DNA of 63,884 bases, the filler included, from Thraustochytrium aureum (Eukaryota): assembly GCA_012862495.1 (NCBI GenBank). It is 6 parts of 5 records of this genome, joined end to end, with 100 filler letters (N's around TTAATTAATTAA, not from the genome) between each part and the next. Parts side by side here need not be neighbours in the genome. Positions count along the whole stretch, not along the records: positions 1 to 14,439 come from BLSG01000018.1; 5 more parts are not named here. One strand, written 5' to 3'. The notes under the pieces were generated by a model that was given only the letters and a program-made list of their open reading frames with translations, was not told where the DNA came from and ran no database searches. Within the stretch, counting starts at the first letter, position 1, and the number at the start of each line of letters is the position of its first letter. Positions 1 through 10,540 of the stretch are shown here, in pieces. The position numbers and the translations under genes were made by a program.

Positions 1-453
1 ATCAGCAACACAGCGATAAAGAGGTACTCGACCCCAAACTCCTCGACGAAAGCCGGCATCACCACCGCAAGCGCCCCAGCTGCACCGCTCACCATCCCCG
101 GTGCCCCCCCCAAAGAGGGCCGTGACGAGCCCCACGATCCACGCCGCCTGAAGAGAAACGATTGGGTCCACCTTGGCGGTGAAGGAGAACGCGACGGCCT
201 CGGGGACCTGAGCGAGCGAGGTAGTCAGCCCGCTCAGTAGCTCACGGACCAGTGCCTTCGACTTGGCCTTCGTGAGCGGCCTGGACAGCACCTTGCGCCA
301 CGTGTTGTAAAACATGGGGTCCTCCTCGGGACTCCCGCCGACGAACAGCACCTGCTTGGCAGGCCCCACACCAGCCCAGCCCGTCGCTCCATCGCTGCCA
401 AGGGCGAGCGACGGCGAGCCGCTCAGCCCGATCTCGCTCCCTTTCCCGTCCAT
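1..453 (-). CDS. SulP/SLC26 sulfate (anion) permease, 5' part; runs off the window start
   Basis: Not in the ORF track; translated by hand from ATG 453: ...ELLSGLTTSLAQVPEAVAFSFTAKVDPIVSLQAAWIVGLVTALFGG/APGMVSGAAGALAVVMPAFVEEFGVEYLFIAVLL, a typical SulP N-terminal TM region. The 8-C homopolymer at 104-111 is one base too long and shifts the frame. Confidence 0.9.
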   Translation of the reverse strand, partial: MDGKGSEIGLSGSPSLALGSDGATGWAGVGPAKQVLFVGGSPEEDPMFYNTWRKVLSRPLTKAKSKALVRELLSGLTTSLAQVPEAVAFSFTAKVDPIVSLQAAWIVGLVTALFGGGTGDGERCSWGACGGDAGFRRGVWGRVPLYRCVAD

Positions 454-570
454 GCGGCGCTCCGAAAGCAAGCCCGAGTCACGTACAGCAAGCGCGACAA
501 GCCAAGCAGAGTCAGCCCCGCCAACCCACGCGCGCGTCCAACCTGCCAGCCAAACAGCAGGCTCTGTGGC

Positions 571-613
571 CCCAGCAACGAGCCCAGCAACGAGCCCGGC
601 AACGAGCCCGGCA
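571..613. repeat. 12-bp tandem repeat (CCCRGCAACGAG) x3.6 upstream of the SulP gene
   Basis: Read directly: cccagcaacgag cccagcaacgag cccggcaacgag cccggca. Confidence 0.85.
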
Positions 614-1177
614 GCGGTATGCCTGGCTGCCAGGCTGCCTGTCTGGCCGCGCGCACTTTTGCCCAAGCGTTGCGGGTCTGCTCGAGCAAGAGGAACTGCT
701 GGTCGACTCGCACTCGCTCACCTCGTCAAGGCGTTCCCATCCCCTACCGCCCTTGCTTGCATTTCGCCGGCCGACGTTCCCAACTTCCCTCCCGCGCGCA
801 GGGGTGTAGATCCCATGGAGGGAACTCGCGCGATTGAGGGGCATCAGGCAAGTGTTCCTCCTCCGCAGGCGACTGCATGGCTGGTCTGCCGCACGCACGC
901 GGCGGCCTCGAAACGGCGGGGGCCCTGTGACGAGAAGATTCGCGAGCGTGGGAAAAAGAGGGGGGGTTAAGGGTTGGGTTAGGTTGAGGCCTGTATCTTG
1001 GCAAACGGGCCGTGTGCTTCCTGGACACGGCGCGGCGGCAGACACCGAAGGCGGGCAGCGGCGGCGAGAGGTTGGCTTGCACGAGTCTATCGCGCGCTTG
1101 GGCTGCGGCGGCGAGAGGTTGGCCCGCGAGGCTATTGCGCACTGGGGCGGGGGAGATCGCCGGGTTGGACGAGCGAG

Positions 1178-4100
1178 ATGAGGCCGGTCGCGGTCAAGTT
1201 CAACTGGAATGGGCTCACCAAGTCGCTGTGGATCAACCCTGGGATGGACAGCGAGGACCTGCGGTCGACGCTCTGCGCGTCGTTCGGGCTGCCAGATGAT
1301 GCGATCGATGGGGTTTTTGTGGCCGAGAATGGGCGCACGTTCGATCTGAGCAAGGTCTGCGAGTCGCCCTCACTGTTCGGCTCGTACCAAGGCATCCACG
1401 TCATTCTGACTGACGACGACGACGAGGACGACGAGGATGAAGAAGGAGAGTTTGACGAGGAGGACGAGGAGGACGACTTTGACGAGGACGACGAGGACGA
1501 AGAGTTTGACACGCTCGACGCCGACGGCCAAGTTGTGCGGGCCCGCAACCAGGCCCTGGCCATGAAGCAGCAGCAACAGCAGCAGGCACTGGCCACGCCG
1601 AACCTGTCGCTTGTGAGCAAAATGCTCAAGCTTGACCAATGCTCGGCGGAGGAGGTCTTTGACGCCTTCGCCGACATCGCGCACGACGGCACCTTGACTG
1701 TGAAACGGTTCATCGAGGCCTACTACAACCTAATGCGCACCAAAGGTATTGCCGTGGGCCGCGTTGACGAGCAGCTGCGGCGCTTGTTTGCCGTTTTCGA
1801 CCAAGACAACAACGACCTGGTCGACTTTGAGGAGCTTGGCTCGGGCGTGACGATCCTCACCGGCGGGTCGCGCGACGACAAGGTGCGCGCCGCGTTCAGC
1901 CTGTACGACTACAACAACGACGGGTACATCACAATGGACGAGATGGTCAGCTACATGAGCTCGGTCTTCCGCCTCCTGTTCGCCACCTCCAACGTGCAGG
2001 CCAGTATGGGCGTCGACAGCGACGAGCTCGCCGAGATCACCGCGCGCCAGTGCTTCCAGGAGGCGGACCTCGACCGCGACGGCCGACTCACTTTCGAAGA
2101 CTTCAAACGCTGGTACACCAAGCCCTCGACGATGCGCGCGACAGCGGGCCCGCCTGCCGCCGCCTCCCGAGCTCCGCTGCCGCCGGCGCCGCCGGTCTTC
2201 ATGCACAACACAGGCCGCGCAATTCCTGGCTCGCTCGCCGCGCAAGGGATCGGTCTTGAGCGCGTGCGCGCCGTCACTGGCATCGACAAGCTCGATATTT
2301 TCACGGTCTTCGACCAGTTTGCCGCGCGCGTTGACGAGCTTGGCAACCTCGCGTTTTCCTCGTTCCAGGACGGCCTCCAGGCCGTCGCAAAACTCGCCGG
2401 TGTGCGCCATAGCAGCTACGACGACGCTGACGCGTTCGAAAAGATTGCGCGCCGGCTCTTCCAGATCTTTGACCAGGACCACAACGGCGTCGTGGACTTT
2501 GTGGAGCTCTCCTCCGGCCTGTCTGTGCTGGCGCGGCCCCGCTCCACCCAGGACGAAAAGCTCCGCGCCGTGTTCAGCCTGCTCGATGTCAACGGGGACG
2601 GCTACATCTCCATCCCCGAGATGGAGACCATGCTCACCTCGGTGTTCCGCACGCAGTTCGAGGTCTCCCCTACCGCCATCTTGCGCGCCCAGGGCCTCGA
2701 TCCGGCCTCGCTCGCCCGCGTCACGACCATGACTATTTTCCAGGCCGGCGATTTGAACCGCGACCAGCGGCTCAGCTTCGCCGAGTTTGCTCGCATCATG
2801 ATGACTGACGCAGGCAGCGCGCTTCAAAACTTGGGCGGCCCGCAGCGCGGCCAGTCCATCGACCTCGCCCAGGTCGCGGCCATCACGGGACTCGGCAACA
2901 TCGAGATCGAGGACCTCTTCGACGCGCTCTCCGAGTTCATGGAGGCCGGCAAGGGCGGCCTCACTCGTCTTGGCTTCCAGCGCGGCATGAACGCCATCGC
3001 GGACCGCCGCGTGGACCGTACGCGGCTGAACCTTGTCCTCGACGACCTCTTTGACCTGTTTGTGCAGCCCGACGGGCTCGCGCCCTTTGAGGTCGTCGTG
3101 TCCGGCCTAAGCCTCATGTGCAAGGCGGACCTCATTGAGCGCACCGAAGTGGCCTTCAGCCTGTTTGACTTGGATGGGAACGGAGTGCTGTCAAAGCGCG
3201 AACTGGCCGTCTACTTCTCAGGGGTCTTTCGCGTCCTTTTCGCGGCCGACCCCTCTGCGCGGGTACGGGCAGGCACTGACCCCGACTCGCTCGCCGCAGT
3301 CACCGTCCAGTCCATATTTGACGAGTACGACACAAACAAGGACGATGTGCTCTCCTGGGAGGAGTTTCAGCATTGGAGCGTCAGCTCCACGGGTGGCGCC
3401 AGCCAACCGAAACCCTCGGAGCAGACACGGCAGCCTCCCCTCCGCGCCTCGCGTGGCTCCACCTCGAATCTCGTGGAGAGCGAGGACGCGCCGTGGCTCT
3501 CGCTGAAGGAGGTTCGCCGTCTCACGTGCCTCGACCAGTACGCCCCGGAGGAGGCCTTTGAGGTCCTGGCAGAGGTCGNNNNNNNNNNNNNNNNNNNNNN
3601 NNNNNNNNNNNNNNNNNNNNNNNNNNNNNNNNNNNNNNNNNNNNNNNNNNNNNNNNNNNNNNNNNNNNNNNNNNNNNNNNNNNNNNNNNNNNNNNNNNNN
3701 NNNNNNNNNNNNNNNNNNNNNNNNNNNNNNNNNNNNNNNNNNNNNNNNNNNNNNNNNNNNNNNNNNNNNNNNNNNNNNNNNNNNNNNNNNNNNNNNNNNN
3801 NNNNNNNNNNNNNNNNNNNNNNNNNNNNNNNNNNNNNNNNNNNNNNNNNNNNNNNNNNNNNNNNNNNNNNNNNNNNNNNNNNNNNNNNNNNNNNNNNNNN
3901 NNNNNNNNNNNNNNNNNNNNNNNNNNNNNNNNNNNNNNNNNNNNNNNNNNNNNNNNNNNNNNNNNNNNNNNNNNNNNNNNNNNNNNNNNNNNNNNNNNNN
4001 NNNNNNNNNNNNNNNNNNNNNNNNNNNNNNNNNNNNNNNNNNNNNNNNNNNNNNNNNNNNNNNNNNNNNNNNNNNNNNNNNNNNNNNNNNNNNNNNNNNN

Positions 4101-7100
4101 NNNNNNNNNNNNNNNNNNCGGCTGGCCAAGCCTTCCAGGGCATCGTGGAGAGCGCCCCGACCTTTGTCTCCATGGACGAGGTGCGCCGGCTCACGCACCT
4201 GGACAAGTTCACGGCCGAGGACGTTCGCGACCAGATCCAGTCGTTCGCCAACGCTAGCGGGGAGGTGTCTCGGACGGCCTTCACCCAGGCCCTTCGCGAG
4301 ATCGCGATTGAGGGTTCGGGCGGCAATGCGATGACGAGCAGCCAGGAGGCGCACTTTAACAGCGTCGTTCACCGCCTGTTCGATGTGTTTTGCACCGAGG
4401 GCAAAGAAACGCTCAACAGCGGCGAGCTCGTCGCAGGCCTCTCGGTCCTCACTAGCGGCGACAAGGACAGCAAGGCGCGCATCGCGTTTGAGGCGGTCGA
4501 TTACGATAACAACGGCTCGGTGAGCTTGCACGAGATGGAGCGCTACCTGCTCTCCGTCTTCAAGCTCATGTTCAAGTGCCAGCCCAACACGGCCAAGCAG
4601 ATGGGAGACGTCACGCCAGAGCAGCTCGCCAAGGCGACCTCCGACTCGATCTTTGTCGAGGCCGACCTTGACGGCAACGGCGAGCTCTCCTTTGAAGAGT
4701 TTCGCAAGTTTTACAACTCGCAAGACTCGTCCCAGGCGCCCGCGTTCCGCGAGATCACCGAGACGGTTCCCAACTGGGTCTCGCTCCCCGAGATCCGCAG
4801 ACTCACGCGCCTGGAGCAGTTCTCTCCCACAGACGTGTTCGAGCACTTTGCCAAGCAGTCCCGCGACGGCGAGCTTGGGCGCCAGGCCTTCGAGCGCGCG
4901 TTCCGCGACATCGCCGGGGCTGCCGGCGGGCCGCCCCTGTCGATCACCGAGCTTGACCGGCTGCACCTGGTGATCAACCGGCTCTTCGAAGCGTTTGACT
5001 CGGGAAGCGGCAAGGTCGAGTTCATTGACCTCGTTGCCGGACTCTCCGTCCTCTGCGGCGGTTCGCAGCGGGCCGAGTCGGCATTCCAGCTCTACGACTT
5101 CAACAACGACGGATTTATCGACCGCGAGGAGATGCTCTCTATGTTGGAGTCCATCTTCCGCGTCATGTTCGAGCTCCAGCCCGGCACGCGCGAGAGGATG
5201 GGCGGAGCGGCGCCCGAGTCGGTCGCCAAGGCGACTTGCGAAGCCATTTTCAACGAGGCTGACACCAACAACGACAACGTCATATCCTACCCCGAGTTCA
5301 AGGCTTGGATGGAGTCTGACAACTCGTCTGCCGGCTTCTTGCGGCCGGCCAAGGCTGGGGCCGGCCAAGCCAGGGTTGCTGTCTCCGTAGAGGACATCAA
5401 GCGCATCACGGGCCTGGAAAAGTGGAGCCAGAGCGATGTCTTTGAGGAGTTTGCGCTTGCAGTGGACGACGAGGGCACCTTGGACGAAGCTGGCTTCAAC
5501 ATGGTCTTCAGCAACCTCATCGATACGTCCAAGCTCAGTGCGGCCGACCGCCGACGCATCCCCGAGGTCTTGAGCCGTCTCTTCAGCATCATGGACGCCG
5601 ACAAGAATCGGCGCATTGATTTTAGCGAGCTGGGCGCTTGCCTGAGCGTGCTCTGCAACAACGACCGCGACGAAAAGGCAAGCGTGGCGTTCACGATGTT
5701 TGACGAGAACGGCGACGGCCGCGTTGACCGCGGCGAGATCCGGCGCTATCTGACCTCCATCTTCCGCCTCATGTTCGAGACAAGCCAGGAGGTGGCGGAC
5801 AGCGCGGAGGGGCTGACCCCGGAAGAGCTCGCCGACGCCACAGCCGACGACATTCTGGCGCGATATGCGGGCGGCGCAGGGGAGCTGACGTTTCAGCAGT
5901 TCAAGGCATGGTACGACGAGGGCGACGTCCCCGGCGCGCCCGCCGGCGGCGCCCCCGGCTTGTCGAGCCGGGACGATTTGCAAAGCCCCGGGCGCGTGAC
6001 GCGCGCTACTGGCAATCAGCCTCCGCCCGGCGTGATCCGCGCCGTCCCAGTTGTAGACGAGGACTCGTCTCCGGACTGGCTTTCCGTGGAGGAGGTCAAG
6101 CGGATCACCGGGTTTGGGCGCCGCGACGTGCACGAGATTTTCGAGGAGGTGGCGCTGTACACGAACGAGGAGGGCGTGCTGACCCGCGCCGCCTTCAACG
6201 AGGCGTTTGACAGGCTCGTTTCTGGCGAGCAGCGCGACGCCGGGGACGCTGCCAAGCTCAAAGTGATCAAGAGCCGCCTGTTCGACATCTTTGACGTTGA
6301 CGGCAATGGTGTTGTCGACTTTTCCGAGCTAGCGAGCGGTCTCACAGTGCTCGCAGGCAGCGGTGGCGCTGCGGGCGGCAGCCATGCAACCAAGGCCAAG
6401 ATCGACGCTCTCTTCACCCTGTACGACCTGAACGGGGACGGCTTTATCAGCCTCGAGGAGCTTCGTGCCAGCTTGTGCTCGATTTTCAAGGTCATGCTCG
6501 AGTGCGAGCCGGAAGCGGCCCGTCGCATCGCATCGACGGGCTCGCCCGAGCAGCTCGCGGAAGCCACGGCGCTCAACATCTTCGCCGAGGCCGACCTGAA
6601 CGGCGACAACAGGCTCTCCAAGGAGGAGTTTGCGCGCTACATGGAGGCCACCTCCGGTCTGCAGGGCCCGATCTCAACGCTGAGCGAGCACGCCATGCAG
6701 AGCTCGGTGATCACGCTAGACGTGGCCAAGGAGCTCACTGGACTCGGCGAGCTGAGCGCCGAGCAGGTCTTCCAAGAGCTGGCCTTGGTCACTGACGACG
6801 AGGGCCAGATTGACCGCCATTCGTTCTACACCGCCCTGCACCGCATTGCGGAGCGGACTCGGCCTCAGTCCTCTGCCGAGGACAAGTCCAAGTTGAACAT
6901 GACTCTCGAACGCATGTTCAACATCTTCGCGGGCTCGAGCGACTTTGCGGACTTTATTGAACTCGCTTCCGCGCTCTCAATCTTGTCGCTTAACGGCGGC
7001 CGTCTTTTGGACGGCACGGGGAGCGGGGGTAGCATGGCTGCCTTTCAGCTCTACGACCTGAACGGCGATGGCTACATCTCAATGGACGAGATGCGGACGT

Positions 7101-7257
7101 TCCTCACGAGCCTGTTCAAGCTCTTGTTCGAGTTCATTCCCGGGACGGCCGAGCGTGCCGGGACTGGCCCTGAGGCCCTAGCGGCGGCAACGACCGAGCA
7201 GTGCTTCGAGGACGCCGACTTGGACAAGGACGGCCGTCTGAGCGGCGTTGAGTTTTC
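1178..7257 (+). CDS. Giant multi-EF-hand Ca2+-binding protein with at least 9 tandem NCS/recoverin/calcineurin-B-like modules; true stop hidden in gap 7258-7816
   Basis: ATG 1178 (MRPVAVKF), acidic tract and polyQ, then ~190-200-aa repeats each starting SxxEV+RxTxL and carrying DxDxDGxI/L loops (e.g. DYNNDGYITMDE, DLNGDGFISLEE, DLDKDGRLSGVE). Internal gap 3579-4118. Confidence 0.9.
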
Positions 7258-7857
7258 NNNNNNNNNNNNNNNNNNNNNNNNNNNNNNNNNNNNNNNNNNN
7301 NNNNNNNNNNNNNNNNNNNNNNNNNNNNNNNNNNNNNNNNNNNNNNNNNNNNNNNNNNNNNNNNNNNNNNNNNNNNNNNNNNNNNNNNNNNNNNNNNNNN
7401 NNNNNNNNNNNNNNNNNNNNNNNNNNNNNNNNNNNNNNNNNNNNNNNNNNNNNNNNNNNNNNNNNNNNNNNNNNNNNNNNNNNNNNNNNNNNNNNNNNNN
7501 NNNNNNNNNNNNNNNNNNNNNNNNNNNNNNNNNNNNNNNNNNNNNNNNNNNNNNNNNNNNNNNNNNNNNNNNNNNNNNNNNNNNNNNNNNNNNNNNNNNN
7601 NNNNNNNNNNNNNNNNNNNNNNNNNNNNNNNNNNNNNNNNNNNNNNNNNNNNNNNNNNNNNNNNNNNNNNNNNNNNNNNNNNNNNNNNNNNNNNNNNNNN
7701 NNNNNNNNNNNNNNNNNNNNNNNNNNNNNNNNNNNNNNNNNNNNNNNNNNNNNNNNNNNNNNNNNNNNNNNNNNNNNNNNNNNNNNNNNNNNNNNNNNNN
7801 NNNNNNNNNNNNNNNNCCTCCAGGCCGCGTCCCGATGTGCGGCTCGGCAGCGGGTTG

Positions 7858-9999
7858 CTACGCAAACTTGATGACCTGGAAGACCCAGACGGCCATGATG
7901 CAGGCAGCGAGAGACAGAATTGTGCGCTGCCCGAAACACATCTCCTCGCTGCGACGAGTTGTTGTCCTTGACTCGGCAGAGGACCGAATTGGCACCGGTC
8001 TGGGCAAGCCACCCCCCTCGCTCTCGCTTGGGGAAGTGGCCGCCCGCGAGGGAACCGGGGGGCCGTTCAGTTTGATGCTCACATCTTGCAAAGTGAGCTC
8101 AGAAAGGTCGACGTCGAGGCCTGGGACGACGACCCGCGCCCGAGCCCCGCTCGCCCCCTCCTCGTCGTCCGTCAAGAAACCCTCGGCGCTGTTTTGCTTG
8201 CCAAGACGCGCAAGCTCAACCGAGCTGCTGCGCCCCGCGCCACGTCCGAGCGGGCTGGGGAAGCCGGAAAGGTCGTCCTCGAACATCCCGGCGTCCCCAA
8301 AATCGAGGTCGTCGGTTGCAACCTTCTTGCGTCCACCCGCCGCGTTGCTCTCCATGAGCTCCGTGTAAAGCGAAGGACGAAACAGGAGCGCCTGGTCCAG
8401 TTCCCCCCCTCTGCCGTCCGATCCAGCCGCAACATACGTTGTCGTGCGGGCAAACACCGCGCTGAGAAGAAAGAGCACCGCGGACCACACCCAAAAGCTC
8501 ACTGCAGCAAAGTGCAGGAAGTTGAGCGACGTAAACGCCCCAAAGTAGTGGACCTCGAACGCGTCCTCAAGGATCTCTAGAACAAAACGCAAGAGCCCCG
8601 ACATCAAGCCCAACGAGAGGGTCCAATTCCCTGCGCGCCGGTTGGGCCGTCTCGACAGCATGCCCCAGAGGTAGAGTGCGAGGATTGGCGGCGCCAAGTA
8701 TGACGGCGGCTTCTGGATGATGATAAACAGGCTCTTGCCCAGAAGGTGCATCGCAGGCAGCCACAGCAAGCTAAGAAGGGCCATGACCACCACGGTGACC
8801 CTGCCAACCAGCACGAGGCGCTTCTCTGACGAGTCCGGGTACAGCTCGCGCCAGATGTTGAGCGAGAAGAGCGTCGCGCAAGAGTTGAACGTGCTCGCCA
8901 GCGCCGACATGAGCGACGAGAGCATGCTCGCCACAATAATGCCTCTTGCGTTCTTGGGGATCACATTGAGCACGAGCCAGGGATACGAGTGGTCGTAGTC
9001 GAACGCTTTGACCTCATCTGGACTGAGACGCTGGTTGATGATCACCCTGGCGCAAAGCCCAGGCACCACCATCATGACGAAAGGAAGGAACTTTAAGGAG
9101 GCGGCGACGACGCAGCCGAGCTGTCCGTGCGCGACGTTGCGCGCTGCCAGAGCACGCTGGACAATGACCTGGTCGATGCACCAGTACCAAAGCGCTATGG
9201 CTGGGAACCCAAACGCATATCCGGTCCACGGGTAGAGGTCGTCTGATGGGGGCCGGAAGAAGTGCAGAAAGTCGTCGCCGATGCGGAGGTCCTCGTCCAC
9301 CGTCTCGAGCGTGAGGTTGTGGAGGGCCGCGGAGAGCCCGTCCCAGCCATCCACCTCGGCGAGGGTGTATGCAACGACGAGGACGCCCCCGAGGAGGAGA
9401 ACGACGGTCTGGAGGGTCTCTGTGTAAATGACTGCCTCGAGGCCGCCTAGGACGGTGTACACTGCGGTGAAGGCGACGAGGAGGATGACAGCCAGCCACT
9501 TGTTGACGTGGATGAGCTGGACGAGGATGATCTGTCCAGCGAAGAGGGTCGCGCTCACGCGGGAGAACACGTAGACGATCAGAGAGATGCCCACGATGAG
9601 CGTGCGGCAGTAGGCGCTGTACCGCTTCTCCAAGTAGTCTGGCGTGGTCTGCACTTGGGCGTTCAAGTAAATTGGCAGAAAGAAGAGCCCCGTGCAGAGA
9701 ACGATGGGGATGGCGCCGACCTCGTACCAGCCAACCGCAACGCCAGCTTTGGCAGCGCTGCCGGCGAGTCCGATAAAGTGCTCTGAGCCGATGTTGGAGG
9801 CGAACAAGGACGCAGCCACAGCCCACCAGCTCACGCTCCGCTCCGCGAGAAAGTACGAGTCTGTGCTGGAGGCGTTCGTCTGCGCTGCCTGGTGCCGCCC
9901 AACGAGCACCGAAACCAGCCCAAGCATGCAGAAGTACGCCGCGAGTACGACTAGGTCAACTGTGCCGAGCGCCGACTCGTCTTGTCCACCGCCCTCCAT
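7858..9999 (-). CDS. Sodium:solute symporter (SSS/SLC5, SGLT/SMIT-like)
   Basis: ATG 9999 (MEGGGQ); motifs YFLAERS, ASLFASNIGSEHFIGLAG, YTVLGGLEAVIYTE, WYWCIDQVIVQRALAA; about 14 TM segments. Confidence 0.95.
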   Translation of the reverse strand: MEGGGQDESALGTVDLVVLAAYFCMLGLVSVLVGRHQAAQTNASSTDSYFLAERSVSWWAVAASLFASNIGSEHFIGLAGSAAKAGVAVGWYEVGAIPIVLCTGLFFLPIYLNAQVQTTPDYLEKRYSAYCRTLIVGISLIVYVFSRVSATLFAGQIILVQLIHVNKWLAVILLVAFTAVYTVLGGLEAVIYTETLQTVVLLLGGVLVVAYTLAEVDGWDGLSAALHNLTLETVDEDLRIGDDFLHFFRPPSDDLYPWTGYAFGFPAIALWYWCIDQVIVQRALAARNVAHGQLGCVVAASLKFLPFVMMVVPGLCARVIINQRLSPDEVKAFDYDHSYPWLVLNVIPKNARGIIVASMLSSLMSALASTFNSCATLFSLNIWRELYPDSSEKRLVLVGRVTVVVMALLSLLWLPAMHLLGKSLFIIIQKPPSYLAPPILALYLWGMLSRRPNRRAGNWTLSLGLMSGLLRFVLEILEDAFEVHYFGAFTSLNFLHFAAVSFWVWSAVLFLLSAVFARTTTYVAAGSDGRGGELDQALLFRPSLYTELMESNAAGGRKKVATDDLDFGDAGMFEDDLSGFPSPLGRGAGRSSSVELARLGKQNSAEGFLTDDEEGASGARARVVVPGLDVDLSELTLQDVSIKLNGPPVPSRAATSPSESEGGGLPRPVPIRSSAESRTTTRRSEEMCFGQRTILSLAACIMAVWVFQVIKFA

Positions 10000-10060
10000 C
10001 ACCGCCCGCAGCAACGAGAGACCTCGCGAGGGGCCCGTCAGAGGAAACCGCAGGCGGCAC

Positions 10061-10540
10061 GCGCCGCAACAAGCGCCGCAACAAGCGCCGCAACAAGCGC
10101 CGCAGCTGGCCGGCGCGGGCCGTCTCCGCCACGCGCCACGTGCGGGCAAATGGGCTTGCTCAATTCGTGACCCCGCCGCTCCCCGCGGCCCGTGCGTGTC
10201 CGCGCAGCTGCCCTCGCTGCCCACTCGCCCCTGCCCACTCGCTCGCTCCTCAAGCGGGCGGGATCGCGCCGCGAGCTCGACGGAGTGGATGGATGGATGG
10301 ATGGATGGATGGATGGGAGAGTGCACATTGGTTGGATGGATTCGTGCGATGGAGGCGCGCTCGCGGCGACGGACGCGCTCGAGGCCTGCGCCGCGAGCCA
10401 GGCAGGCAGGCAGGCAGGCGGGCGGGCGGGCAGTGTTCGCTAGATGGTTTGTTTGTTTGTTTGTTTGCGGGGACTCTTGTGCACGAGCGAGCGAGCGAGC
10501 GAGCGAGCGAGCGCCGTCCGCTCAGCAGTAGTAGTAGTAG
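10061..10540. repeat. Cluster of simple repeats: (GCGCCGCAACAA)3.7, (GGAT)n, (GCAG)n, (GTTT)n, (GCGA)n, (GTA)n
   Basis: Read directly at about 10061-10104, 10286-10316, 10397-10419, 10447-10466, 10484-10512 and 10527-10540. Confidence 0.9.

Noticed and set aside
7817..8368. C-terminal extension of the 2456-aa ORF beyond the gap
   Set aside because: It is the antisense of the SSS transporter 3' end; the ORF caller read through Ns.
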